Shown in pieces: positions 21,121 to 30,460 of a DNA stretch of 64,000 nt. The notes beneath the pieces were generated by a model. It was not told the origin of the DNA and made no database searches. It was given only the letters and a program-made list of their open reading frames with translations. This stretch comes from Candidatus Enterousia sp. (GTDB lineage: Bacteria; Pseudomonadota; Alphaproteobacteria; Rs-D84): the NCBI GenBank assembly GCA_045613785.1, contig JAZLBQ010000026.1, forward strand, positions 32,001-96,000, in the 5' to 3' direction. Both the position numbers and the translations under genes were made by a program. Within the stretch, counting starts at the first letter, position 1. Every line of letters begins with the position of its first letter.

Positions 21121-21330
21121 AAAAAAATACCGTCAACAAGGGAATATTGACGGTCGGGTGGCTTCAAAACATCAAGTAAATGCCCCGTTGCTTTCAGAAT
21201 AATCCTATTATATAACAACGGACACCCGACCACAGGTCAGGCAAAACGGTGCGAACACACCATTTAGAATATGGATAACGATGCAATTCGCACCGTACTT
21301 GATGGGTTTTGAAGGCCCCGAACCCGCTAG
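21121..21330 (-). ncRNA. Structured leader RNA / attenuator (phage C4/CI-like architecture)
   Basis: Nested inverted repeats; terminator hairpin plus U run overlapped by an alternative 9-bp pairing. Confidence 0.55.
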
Positions 21331-21352
21331 TCCCCTATCGGATTCAATGCTT

Positions 21353-21381
21353 ATGATAACAATAAATACCTATAAATGCAA
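21353..21381 (-). promoter_or_regulatory. Sigma70 promoter driving the structured leader
   Basis: TTGCAT-N17-TATCAT on the minus strand. Confidence 0.55.
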
Positions 21382-21486
21382 AACAAAAACCGGCCCACCA
21401 CAACTATTAAATAACCAACAACAAAAGCCCGTATTTTAATACTAACAGACCTTTTAGATTATATTTAAACACAAACAACTTAATTA

Positions 21487-21534
21487 GCTTGTATTAAAAC
21501 ATTGACTATTTGTTTTGCTTGTATTAAAATACAA
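21487..21534 (+). promoter_or_regulatory. Fic promoter overlapped by repeated operator-like sites
   Basis: TTGACT(21502)-N17-TAAAAT; GCTTGTATTAAAA at 21487 and 21517; near-palindrome TTGTATTAAAATACAA. Confidence 0.55.
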
Positions 21535-21574
21535 TCTATATAAATAGGTTATATTAAAATAAAAGGTAATAAAA

Positions 21575-22672
21575 TTGGCTTCTTTTACTTTAAAAAAATT
21601 TCCAGACATTTTATCCGATATACCATCAACTACAGATACATCTAGTGCCTTATTAAAATTAGCTAGATATGATGGCATGATAGAATTCATACCGTATCCA
21701 GAAGTATTAACAAGCATATTATTTTACCAAGAATCGGTTATGTCATCTAGACTGGAAGGCACGATAGCAACAATTACTGACATATTAAATTATAAAGTTG
21801 GAAAAAATCTATCAGAAAGATTAGAAAAAGACGCTACAGAAATAGAAAATTATAAAGACGCTCTAGGATACTGTATTAAAGAAGCAAAAGATAATAATTT
21901 TGAAATCACAAACAGACTAATAAAAAACATACAAGCTATTATACTAAACAACTCTAGAGGTGGAGACAAACTTAAAGGAAAATATAAAGAAAAACAGAAT
22001 TATATAGGTAATAAATACGATGGAGAGATAACATATACTCCAGTATCTTACTTACACACAGAAGAATATATGAATAATCTAATAAATTTTATAAATTCAA
22101 ATACATCTGAAAACCCGCTTGTTAAAACCGCAATTATTCATGCATATTTTGAACTAATACACCCTTTTGAAGATGGAAACGGAAGAGTTGGACGTATTTT
22201 AATACCAATACTATTAAAAAAATACAATATACTATCCACGCCATATTTTTATATAAGTTATTACTTTTCTGTAAATAGAAACAAATACATATCTGCCTTG
22301 GAAAAAATTTCAAAAGAAAACGATTGGCAGACCTGGATTGACTTTTTTATCAAAGCAATTGAACACCAGACAACGGTATTAACAAACATATTAAGACAAT
22401 TAAAAGAAATTAGAAAAAAAACAGAAGAAGAAATATCAAGCTTAAAAACACAATTTTGTATCCCTATACTTAATTTTCTATTTAAACAAATTAAATTTAA
22501 AACTACTGATTTTATAGAAAAAACAGGAATTAATGCTAACACATCAAGAGCATTATTGAAAACACTAGAAGAGAAAAACATACTTGAAATAGAAGAAAAA
22601 GGAACCGGACAAAGTCCAACAATATACAGGTTTAAAGAGTTATATCAAATTGTTAAGGATATATCAGCATAA
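21575..22672 (+). CDS. Fic family protein with N-terminal inhibitory motif and C-terminal HTH
   Basis: HPFEDGNGRVGR; SSRLEG; C-terminal winged-HTH-like region. Confidence 0.92.
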   Translation: MASFTLKKFPDILSDIPSTTDTSSALLKLARYDGMIEFIPYPEVLTSILFYQESVMSSRLEGTIATITDILNYKVGKNLSERLEKDATEIENYKDALGYCIKEAKDNNFEITNRLIKNIQAIILNNSRGGDKLKGKYKEKQNYIGNKYDGEITYTPVSYLHTEEYMNNLINFINSNTSENPLVKTAIIHAYFELIHPFEDGNGRVGRILIPILLKKYNILSTPYFYISYYFSVNRNKYISALEKISKENDWQTWIDFFIKAIEHQTTVLTNILRQLKEIRKKTEEEISSLKTQFCIPILNFLFKQIKFKTTDFIEKTGINANTSRALLKTLEEKNILEIEEKGTGQSPTIYRFKELYQIVKDISA

Positions 22673-22828
22673 ATGTTTATCCACAAACCCCAGCATTTTA
22701 TCTGTAGCGGTTTGCATTGAATCACGAATTGGGTCAACCGTCAGGCGGCTATAAACCTGTGTTTCGCTGGTGGATTTGTGGCCAAGTGATTTACCAATAA
22801 CCGGCAAACTGGCACCTAATATCGCCTG
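22664..22828 (-). pseudogene. Tyrosine integrase C-terminal remnant
   Basis: Hand translation QAILGASLPVIGKSLGHKSTSETQVYSRLTVDPIRDSMQTATDKM contains LGH and the catalytic Tyr; no start and no upstream R/HxxR region. Confidence 0.85.
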
Positions 22829-23200
22829 TCATGAATCCAAATACACCAACCCCTGTGGAGGGGATTTCAACCCAATTTCTGCCAACGTTTTTGGCACATC
22901 AAACCGAACAACATTCCCCAATTGATATGCATACGCCACATCACAACCTGCAAAATAAGACTTAAAAAATTCATACGACACGCCGGCATTATTCTTTACA
23001 ATTTCCCACATTTCATCAGGCCCCATTGAAATAATCCGAACAACCCTTGCCGCACCTACAACCCTTTTCATCGGCCGTGTTTCATAGATAAAAATTTCAT
23101 CAACCGCCTTTCTTGGACAAACTTTTCTAAATTCAAACTTTTTATCCCCAGATAAAATTTTTTCAACAAATTCAGGCTTTATCGCCAACAAAATCGCCAT
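22829..23200 (-). CDS. ASCH domain protein
   Basis: LLAIKPEFVEKILSGDKKFEFRK, IYETRPMKRVVG, PPQG. Confidence 0.88.
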   Translation of the reverse strand: MAILLAIKPEFVEKILSGDKKFEFRKVCPRKAVDEIFIYETRPMKRVVGAARVVRIISMGPDEMWEIVKNNAGVSYEFFKSYFAGCDVAYAYQLGNVVRFDVPKTLAEIGLKSPPQGLVYLDS

Positions 23201-23295
23201 TTGTTCCTCTTTCAAGATAAAAACAGAATTATTCAATATGACCTATTGGGCACTTATCCAAGAAACCCAACGATTTCAACGTTAAAAGAAAATAA

Positions 23296-24279
23296 TCACA
23301 TTTTATAGATTCTAACAAAACTTGTTTCACTAGTTCCCGTTGAACCACTTCCACCATCACCACCATTTACAACAAGTGTTGTTGATGTTCCAGCACCATT
23401 GATTGCACCACCACCGCCGCCACCACCATAAGATATTGCCGTCTGACCACCGCATGAAAAACTAACACTTTCACCGCCCTTGCCACCTATGACCGATGCA
23501 TATTCTGTGCATTTATATGTTTTACAACTGGTGGCATTACCGCCATCGCCACCACTTTCTGGTGTTCCGTCCGTTCCCGGGTCAATACTCACAGTAAAAT
23601 CTGGATAAGATGACGCATTATTATATTGCCACGACGTCCCCCCCTTATCACTTGGCGAACCACCGCCACCGCCACCAACACCATATGTATCTGTTTTATA
23701 TATTCTAAATCCCCGATATCCATTTGCACCGCTAAGTCCAGACTTTCCACCAAAACCATTGCCTATTGCCACAGCAGTTGCACTATACAATCTGTTCACG
23801 GCACTATTATTATATGAAATTGTGCATGTATTTCCGGGACCACCTTCGGCCCGCCAAACACGTTCACCAACAACCAGCAAAGAATCGACCCCTGATGCAC
23901 CACCACCAAAAGTCCCGTGTTTTGTTCCCGTTTTCTTCACACTTCCTGGATTACCATCGCCACCACGAAACACATGAACTTCTGTTGGTTCAAACACTGA
24001 AAACAAAGCAGACACAACCGATGTTTCAGACAAATCAACAAAGTCCACACATTCATCGTTTTTCAGTCCGACACCACCACGCAATTCCGCCCGATAACAT
24101 CCTGGTTCCAAGGTAATAGAATTACAAACATTGATATCATTTTCTTCATAGACTAATTCTTCACTACCGGACATAACGCAAGCCCCCTGTGGCACTTCGT
24201 CTGCCGCCATATAGATATTACCTCCAGGTCCGGTTATATATAATGCATTTGCTAAGATCAAGGCAGGTATAAACATCAA
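23296..24279 (-). CDS. Glycine-rich protein (paralog 1)
   Basis: GCYRAELRGG, GGGASGVDS, SYGGGGGGG; ends TSFVRIYKM. Confidence 0.75.
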   Translation of the reverse strand: MMFIPALILANALYITGPGGNIYMAADEVPQGACVMSGSEELVYEENDINVCNSITLEPGCYRAELRGGVGLKNDECVDFVDLSETSVVSALFSVFEPTEVHVFRGGDGNPGSVKKTGTKHGTFGGGASGVDSLLVVGERVWRAEGGPGNTCTISYNNSAVNRLYSATAVAIGNGFGGKSGLSGANGYRGFRIYKTDTYGVGGGGGGSPSDKGGTSWQYNNASSYPDFTVSIDPGTDGTPESGGDGGNATSCKTYKCTEYASVIGGKGGESVSFSCGGQTAISYGGGGGGGAINGAGTSTTLVVNGGDGGSGSTGTSETSFVRIYKM

Positions 24280-24287
24280 GTATTACT

Positions 24288-25292
24288 TTAACCTATTTTA
24301 TAAATTTTTACAAAGCTTGTTTTACTTGTTCCTTTTGAACCACTGGCACCATCACCACCATTGACACAGTCCGTGTCACACCACTGCCCACTTGATTCAC
24401 ATCCCGACTGATAAAAAAAACACATGCCACCACCACCACCGCCACCATACGAAATTGCCGTCGTCCCAGCACAAGAAAACACAACATTTTCTCCACCCTT
24501 TCCACCATAACCATAATTAGAGGTCAAAGAATTTTCTTTTTTATTTTTTACAGTTCCACCATCACCACCGGCACTTGCAGTTGCGTTACTACCACCTGCA
24601 ATATAAGAATACGAAGAACTTGCCTCACCTCCTATTCCGCCACCAATATTATTTGAACCACCACCGCCAGCACCACAATAACCACGTGCCTGGTATTTAA
24701 TTGTTGACCCATTATTTATGGTTTTATCTGCCGTAATACCACCGCCACCGCCATAACAAACGTCAAACAAAGCATACCCCCCACCATTCAAACCACTCAC
24801 TGTTCCTGTGATACACTTTGAACCAACCGCCCCTGTTGCCCTGATTACACGTCCTTCAACAACCAACAACGAATCCACCCCTGACGCACCACCACCAGAA
24901 ATCTGATGTGAATTCGCCCTTTTGCTATCATTACCATCGCCACCACGAAAAACATCAATCACTGTTTCTTGGTTTATTTTGAAAATACTTGAAACAATTT
25001 CACTATCAAAACGTTGAGTTCCAATTCCGGACTGACAAGACGCAGGTTTTCCCCCTGTTCCACCACGCAATTCTGCCCGATAAATTCCTGCTTCCAACCG
25101 CACAGAATTACAGGTATTTATCGAGTTTTCTTCATACACCAGTGTTTCAGATCCATCATAAATTCCACCTTCTACTGGGATTAAAGCTACGTGAAAAACC
25201 TCGCCTGCGGCGTTTTTTATATGCATAGCAGGCGACGTCAACTGTTGCTGTTGTGCAACAATTTGAATATTATCAACATTTATTACAGGCAT
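24288..25292 (-). CDS. Glycine-rich protein (paralog 2)
   Basis: GIYRAELRGG, GGGASGVDS, SYGGGGGGG; ends TSFVKIYKIG. Confidence 0.75.
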   Translation of the reverse strand: MPVINVDNIQIVAQQQQLTSPAMHIKNAAGEVFHVALIPVEGGIYDGSETLVYEENSINTCNSVRLEAGIYRAELRGGTGGKPASCQSGIGTQRFDSEIVSSIFKINQETVIDVFRGGDGNDSKRANSHQISGGGASGVDSLLVVEGRVIRATGAVGSKCITGTVSGLNGGGYALFDVCYGGGGGITADKTINNGSTIKYQARGYCGAGGGGSNNIGGGIGGEASSSYSYIAGGSNATASAGGDGGTVKNKKENSLTSNYGYGGKGGENVVFSCAGTTAISYGGGGGGGMCFFYQSGCESSGQWCDTDCVNGGDGASGSKGTSKTSFVKIYKIG

Positions 25293-25430
25293 AGTCCCTC
25301 AAAATACCTACTCTAATCATAGAAAAAAAACATCACATTGAGCAAGTCATAAAGAAAGAAACAATAAAGTAATTGCGACATATTCATAAAAAGTCTTAAA
25401 ATAGCATTAAACAAAGACAGGCAAACAGAT

Positions 25431-26006
25431 ATGAAAAAGATAATCGCAACAATTTTACTATTTATTTTCAGCACCCTGCCAGGACAATCCAAAGATTTTG
25501 CCCCATATCTTGGTGTTGATATAGGATTAAACATTGCACAATACACATCAGACTACGGTCTGGACAAGAATTATTACAACGGAACAATCAACGCAGGTGC
25601 ACGCATTGGCAGTAATTTTGGAATAGAATTATTTTATACTCACACGCTACCCAACGAAGTTGATTATGTTTTTTCGGCTGAAACAATAACCAACCAAGTT
25701 TATTATAATGCATTTGGTTTTGACATTTATGCATATTATAACCTGCCATCGAACTTTGATTTTTTCACATCATTTGGGGTTGCAAATTATAAAACATATA
25801 ACAAATTGACCTATACCACACCGTTCGATGAAGCATCTGCCAAGACAGACTTTACCAACACCACGACCCGATTTGGAATAGGCCTGTTATACACATTTTC
25901 TGACGATAATGTATCAGGTCTTATTCAATATCAATATGCCCCGATAAACAATGAAATAATAAATACTATATCTGAATTTTCGATTGGTTTTCGATATATA
26001 TTCTAA
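25431..26006 (+). CDS. Outer-membrane beta-barrel protein (OmpA-like 8-strand)
   Basis: Signal peptide, PYLGVDIG, alternating strands, C-terminal GFRYIF. Confidence 0.8.
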   Translation: MKKIIATILLFIFSTLPGQSKDFAPYLGVDIGLNIAQYTSDYGLDKNYYNGTINAGARIGSNFGIELFYTHTLPNEVDYVFSAETITNQVYYNAFGFDIYAYYNLPSNFDFFTSFGVANYKTYNKLTYTTPFDEASAKTDFTNTTTRFGIGLLYTFSDDNVSGLIQYQYAPINNEIINTISEFSIGFRYIF

Positions 26007-26029
26007 AAAAATCCCCGGAAAGGGGATTT
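26005..26029. terminator. Bidirectional terminator
   Basis: AAATCCCC-ggaaa-GGGGATTT. Confidence 0.7.
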
Positions 26030-26032
26030 ATT

Positions 26033-26857
26033 TTAATCAAAATCTTTTAATGCTTTTTTCAAACTATCCTTCCAGTGTGAAATTTTTATTCCAAAGACTT
26101 CTTTTATTTTATCTTTATCCAAGACACTATAAAACGGTCGCACTGCCCGTGTAGGATATTGATTTGATTTAATTGGATTTACAACACATTTAATTCCAGA
26201 CAAATCCAAAATCTCGACTGCAAAGTCATACCACGAACAAACACCTTCATTAGTAAAATGATAAACACCTGAGTTTTCTGGTTTCATCTGTGGAATAATT
26301 TGCACGATTGCATCTGCCAAATCCGCTGCAAACGTAGGCGTTCCAATCTGGTCTGCGACAACATTGATAACATCTTTTTCATTACCTAATTTTCGCATAG
26401 TCTTTACGAAATTATTACCAAACGCTGAATACAACCACGCAGTTCTAATAACAACTGCACAATTTGAATTTTTCAGAACAGCAATTTCCCCTGCCCGCTT
26501 TGTTTTTCCATAAACAGACACAGGATTTGTTTTTTCATCTGTTTCATATGGTCTATGTGCTGTTCCATCAAAAACATAGTCCGTTGAAATATGTATAATT
26601 TTTGCTCCTGTCTTGGCCAGATTTCTTGGGCCATCAACATTTATTTTTGTTGCTAACTCCACCTCATCTTCGGCCTTGTCCACGGCGGTCCATGCAGCAC
26701 AATTTATAATCAGTTCAATATTATTTTCTTTTACAAAATTCTGAACAGCTCTTTCATCTGTGATATCAAGTTTATCAACATCAGCACAAATTGCATCGGG
26801 CAATTTTTTTGATAATTCTTTACCCAACTGTCCATTACAGCCCGTTATCAGGAACAT
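26033..26857 (-). CDS. rfbD: dTDP-4-dehydrorhamnose reductase
   Basis: GCNGQLG, AAWTAVDKAE, ISTDYVFDG, YGKTK. Confidence 0.96.
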   Translation of the reverse strand: MFLITGCNGQLGKELSKKLPDAICADVDKLDITDERAVQNFVKENNIELIINCAAWTAVDKAEDEVELATKINVDGPRNLAKTGAKIIHISTDYVFDGTAHRPYETDEKTNPVSVYGKTKRAGEIAVLKNSNCAVVIRTAWLYSAFGNNFVKTMRKLGNEKDVINVVADQIGTPTFAADLADAIVQIIPQMKPENSGVYHFTNEGVCSWYDFAVEILDLSGIKCVVNPIKSNQYPTRAVRPFYSVLDKDKIKEVFGIKISHWKDSLKKALKDFD

Positions 26858-27386
26858 CTTTCAATCCTTTTGCTATTCTATCTTTATCCGAAGTTATAAT
26901 TTTATCTGCTGGTATTTTCCAATCGATTCCGATATCTGGGTCATCAAATCTGATACCAAATTCTGCCGCTGGTGCATAGAAATTATCACATTTGTATGCG
27001 AAAACGGCCTCGTCAGACAAAACAGAAAACCCATGCAAGAATCCACGAGGAATAAACAACTGCCTTTTATTATCATCACTCAATTCCACAGCCACGTGTT
27101 TACCAAAAGTAGGTGAATTTTTTCTGATATCAACTGCGACGTCCAGCACCCGTCCAGATAAAACCCGAACTAATTTAGCCTGGGCAAATTCCCCCAACTG
27201 ACAGTGCAAACCACGCACCACCCCGAACGAAGACTTTGATTGATTATCTTGGACAAACTTATTAGGTATTCCATTTTTTTCAAATTCTGCTTCATTATAA
27301 CTTTCAAAGAAATACCCACGTGCATCCACAAAAATCCGTGGTTCAACAATAACCACACCATCTATTTCGGTTTTAATAAAGTTCAT
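26835..27386 (-). CDS. rfbC: dTDP-4-dehydrorhamnose 3,5-epimerase
   Basis: DARGYFFE, FVQDNQS, RGLH, VDIRKNSPTFG, GFLHGF. Confidence 0.96.
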   Translation of the reverse strand: MNFIKTEIDGVVIVEPRIFVDARGYFFESYNEAEFEKNGIPNKFVQDNQSKSSFGVVRGLHCQLGEFAQAKLVRVLSGRVLDVAVDIRKNSPTFGKHVAVELSDDNKRQLFIPRGFLHGFSVLSDEAVFAYKCDNFYAPAAEFGIRFDDPDIGIDWKIPADKIITSDKDRIAKGLKDVPDNGL

Positions 27387-27411
27387 ATTTTTCCCCTGCT
27401 TTCTAAGAACA

Positions 27412-28023
27412 TTAAAAACACTTATCCAGTTCTGCACCAGACTCGTTTTGATCAATTTGTTTATTTCTAATTTCTTGTGCGGCTTTGATTTTTTGTTTCA
27501 ACAAAATTATTTCGGGGTGTTTTTGAAATTCCATATTAAACAAATCAATAACCGCATCTACATCATCTTTTGATTTAACAAAGACGGGCATAACAGAATC
27601 TGCCGCCACAAACATAGACTGTTGTAAATCTGGCTTAAAATCATCAATCACCGATAAATAAGATTCAATATGTTTATCTTCGTGTTTTAGCACGGCATTA
27701 TAACTGCACGATTTTGGGACGTGTCGCATATCAATTTGAACTATAAATTCAGAATATCCAACCAAAGCCTCAACTGTTTTTAATCCGACACAAAAACCAT
27801 CATCAACAGGATTGACATCTGCGACAAAATCATAATTATCAACCAAAGTTGCGACGACATTGCCATGCCAAAAATCCATTGGTGTTTTTGGTTGAACAAC
27901 GACTTTTTCCCAATCTGGCAAATTCACGAAAACGGCTGGATTTTTTTTAAATTTCAAACAATCATTGGCCACAGCCTGCCCTGACACCAAGATTGCAAAA
28001 ATCCACCCCAAACACTTTTGCAT
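27412..28023 (-). CDS. Secreted protein with HExxH motif (zincin-like)
   Basis: Signal peptide; VLKHEDKHI; several Cys. Confidence 0.6.
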   Translation of the reverse strand: MQKCLGWIFAILVSGQAVANDCLKFKKNPAVFVNLPDWEKVVVQPKTPMDFWHGNVVATLVDNYDFVADVNPVDDGFCVGLKTVEALVGYSEFIVQIDMRHVPKSCSYNAVLKHEDKHIESYLSVIDDFKPDLQQSMFVAADSVMPVFVKSKDDVDAVIDLFNMEFQKHPEIILLKQKIKAAQEIRNKQIDQNESGAELDKCF

Positions 28024-28030
28024 AATAAAG

Positions 28031-30460
28031 TTACTCTGCCGCCCCCTGCTTTTTCAGGTATTCATTTACAAAATTATTACCATACATTTTGTATAATTCT
28101 TCTGCCAACAGCACTGACGAGCGTCCAGATTCAAACAATCTCAACAGATTTCCCAAACCGCCCAATTCTGTATTTAATATAACAGATTCACCATTTACAG
28201 GTCTTGACAACAACACAGCTCTTTTCAGATTTGGATATGCCTTACCCTGGATAAAAGCCATTTCCAGCGGATTCAAATTCCAGTGTGCATAGTCATTTGC
28301 ATCAGCGGCAGGATTTCTGAAAAACATCACCGTCTGAGCCTGTCCACGCACCACATCACCAATTCCCATTTTATCCAAAACATTCGCACGTTGGAACGCC
28401 ACCATATATGCCTGACGGTTTTTACGTCCTTCTTGTAAACCGGTAATAAAGTTATCACGGAACATTTTGTTTTCCAGCATAGGTGCAGTTTCGTCAATCA
28501 TAATCAGCGACGGATTTCCCCCTGACACAGTAATATTATTGATTCTGTGCAAGATATAAGAAATAACTGCTGGCGACAAGACCTCGTCCTGTAAGATATC
28601 AGTAAAATCGAACGTAGTCAGTCTTGAATGTAAATCCAATGTATCTGATGCTTCATTAAACATATCACCATATTGCAGTGGATCGACCCATTTTTTTAGT
28701 GCGGGCCGCATATTACCAGCCGAAGAAAAACAACTTTCCCACAGATTTTTCAACATTCTGTCATTTTCGTTCAGATAATCAAAATTCACGGAAACAGCCC
28801 GTGCTATTTCATCTGCTGACACTGCATCATTTTGTCCAGAAATAATGGCAAACCACCGCCGCAAGAACGCACGATTTGCGGCACTATCAGGCATTTTCAA
28901 TGGATTTAAGTGTGTAATAAAACTTTGTTCTGTTGCATTTTGAGCTTTTTCCTTTCCCTGCATAGTGATATATTTTCCACCAGCGGCCAGTGTGAATATT
29001 TCTGCCCCTTTATTTCTATCAAAGAAAAACGCTTTTAACTTTGGATGTCTTAAACTTTGTGCAATCAGGAAAGAAAACAGCGTAGTTTTTCCCCCACCTG
29101 TCGGACCTATTGTCAAAGTATGTCCCACAGCAGCAGGTTTATCAGACACATGGAATTGGAATTGATAAGGTGTTCCCTGTGCAGTTGGGAAAACCACCAA
29201 TGGTCCTGGACCCCAGTCTGAATTTTCAACACCACGTGGCTGGGTTGACATAGGAATTGAAATTGCTGCTGCCCTTGACAACAACTTGAAACTGCGTGGG
29301 AAAACATCAAATCCTGGGATTTGTGCAAACCACGAAACTTTTGACGCAAACGTTTCCACGACAGGCGAAATTCCAAATGTTGCTGAAATCTTTTTAAATT
29401 CATCAACATACTTTTGCAAATCACTTGGCGTTGCCCCGAACAGAACAAACAGCGGATAATAATTTACCAGACTTTGATTTCCTGAAACATTTTCGTCCAT
29501 CACGCTTTGTGCCTGAGAAATTTGTGTTTCTGTTGAATCTTTGTTTTCATCTGCTGTTGAACGCCGCTGACGGATAGTCGCTTCTACATCTGCAGCCCCC
29601 ATAATATGAAATCCGTTCATACAAATCATTTCTGTCTGAATAGTAGATATTGTATCAAAGAATTCTTCTTCCAGATAATCAGGTGAAATCTTGAAAGACA
29701 AACAAGCAGCAAACGATTGATTTGGTCCACTGATATATCTTATTAAACCATCATTCAAGAATTCTACATCATCAACGGTTGTTAAACTAGCAATATTGTT
29801 ATCGGCCCTCATTGGTCTTGGTTTTGAAATAGGCGATAATATACGCCCCAAAAAGCAGGCCATATTATCAGGTGCATTATTTTTCAACAATTTTGGTCGA
29901 TACGCTGCCAATATAGATTCAATATAATTACCATATTGATTTAATTTTGCCCGTGCATCACTGCCACTAACTGACAAAACGACATAGTAATTATTCAAAA
30001 ATATTTTCAAGCCTTGTCCCCGCCACTTATTATAGATACGCTGTAAGGTAGGCTGATCAAATTCATAGTTTGTATTTTCATCTGCTGCATCACGCACCAT
30101 ATAGAAACGCAACACAACATTAGGGTCTCTGATTTGATTAAACAACTGTGCTCTTAAATCCAAGAATTTTTCTTTTGTAGCATTATCCTGCATACTGGTC
30201 TGAACACCATCAATATGATAAACCCTGATGATACTACCGTCAGTCAGTTCCATTGAATTATCATTATAAACAGTTTTGAACGGCAAATAGTTAGCATATT
30301 TTGCATATCCGAACTTTGGGAACAGCCTTTTTGTTAAAAAGGGCAAATAAATCAGCAATACAATAAACACAAACGCCACAGCCAAGGCCAGAACCACCAA
30401 AGTCATCTGAAAACCACTACCTGCGAAATAGTTAAAAAAATCATTTAAATGTGTGTTCAT
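28031..30460 (-). CDS. virB4: Type IV secretion ATPase VirB4
   Basis: GHTLTIGPTGGGKTT (Walker A), FFDRNKGAE, LIMIDET (Walker B), RKNR. Confidence 0.9.
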   Translation of the reverse strand: MNTHLNDFFNYFAGSGFQMTLVVLALAVAFVFIVLLIYLPFLTKRLFPKFGYAKYANYLPFKTVYNDNSMELTDGSIIRVYHIDGVQTSMQDNATKEKFLDLRAQLFNQIRDPNVVLRFYMVRDAADENTNYEFDQPTLQRIYNKWRGQGLKIFLNNYYVVLSVSGSDARAKLNQYGNYIESILAAYRPKLLKNNAPDNMACFLGRILSPISKPRPMRADNNIASLTTVDDVEFLNDGLIRYISGPNQSFAACLSFKISPDYLEEEFFDTISTIQTEMICMNGFHIMGAADVEATIRQRRSTADENKDSTETQISQAQSVMDENVSGNQSLVNYYPLFVLFGATPSDLQKYVDEFKKISATFGISPVVETFASKVSWFAQIPGFDVFPRSFKLLSRAAAISIPMSTQPRGVENSDWGPGPLVVFPTAQGTPYQFQFHVSDKPAAVGHTLTIGPTGGGKTTLFSFLIAQSLRHPKLKAFFFDRNKGAEIFTLAAGGKYITMQGKEKAQNATEQSFITHLNPLKMPDSAANRAFLRRWFAIISGQNDAVSADEIARAVSVNFDYLNENDRMLKNLWESCFSSAGNMRPALKKWVDPLQYGDMFNEASDTLDLHSRLTTFDFTDILQDEVLSPAVISYILHRINNITVSGGNPSLIMIDETAPMLENKMFRDNFITGLQEGRKNRQAYMVAFQRANVLDKMGIGDVVRGQAQTVMFFRNPAADANDYAHWNLNPLEMAFIQGKAYPNLKRAVLLSRPVNGESVILNTELGGLGNLLRLFESGRSSVLLAEELYKMYGNNFVNEYLKKQGAAE

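Larger units (their letters stand above)
19471..25320. mobile_element. Degraded genomic island downstream of tRNA-fMet (right boundary uncertain)
   Basis: Very AT-rich genes next to the tRNA 3' end; TTTGCTACC repeats; Fic, integrase remnant, ASCH and Gly-rich genes. Confidence 0.6.

Noticed and set aside
22829-22831. TGA read as Trp (genetic code 4)
   Set aside because: TGA is a true stop in many genes (ATGA overlaps at 5741, 10076, 17534, 30457, 39942, 40391, 62091), and Trp is encoded by TGG in conserved genes.
23296-25292. Diversity-generating retroelement TR/VR pair
   Set aside because: Differences in the shared blocks I compared are synonymous and not adenine-specific, and there is no reverse transcriptase in the window.
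19471-25320. Intact prophage
   Set aside because: No capsid, terminase, portal or replication genes, and the integrase is only a 54-codon remnant.
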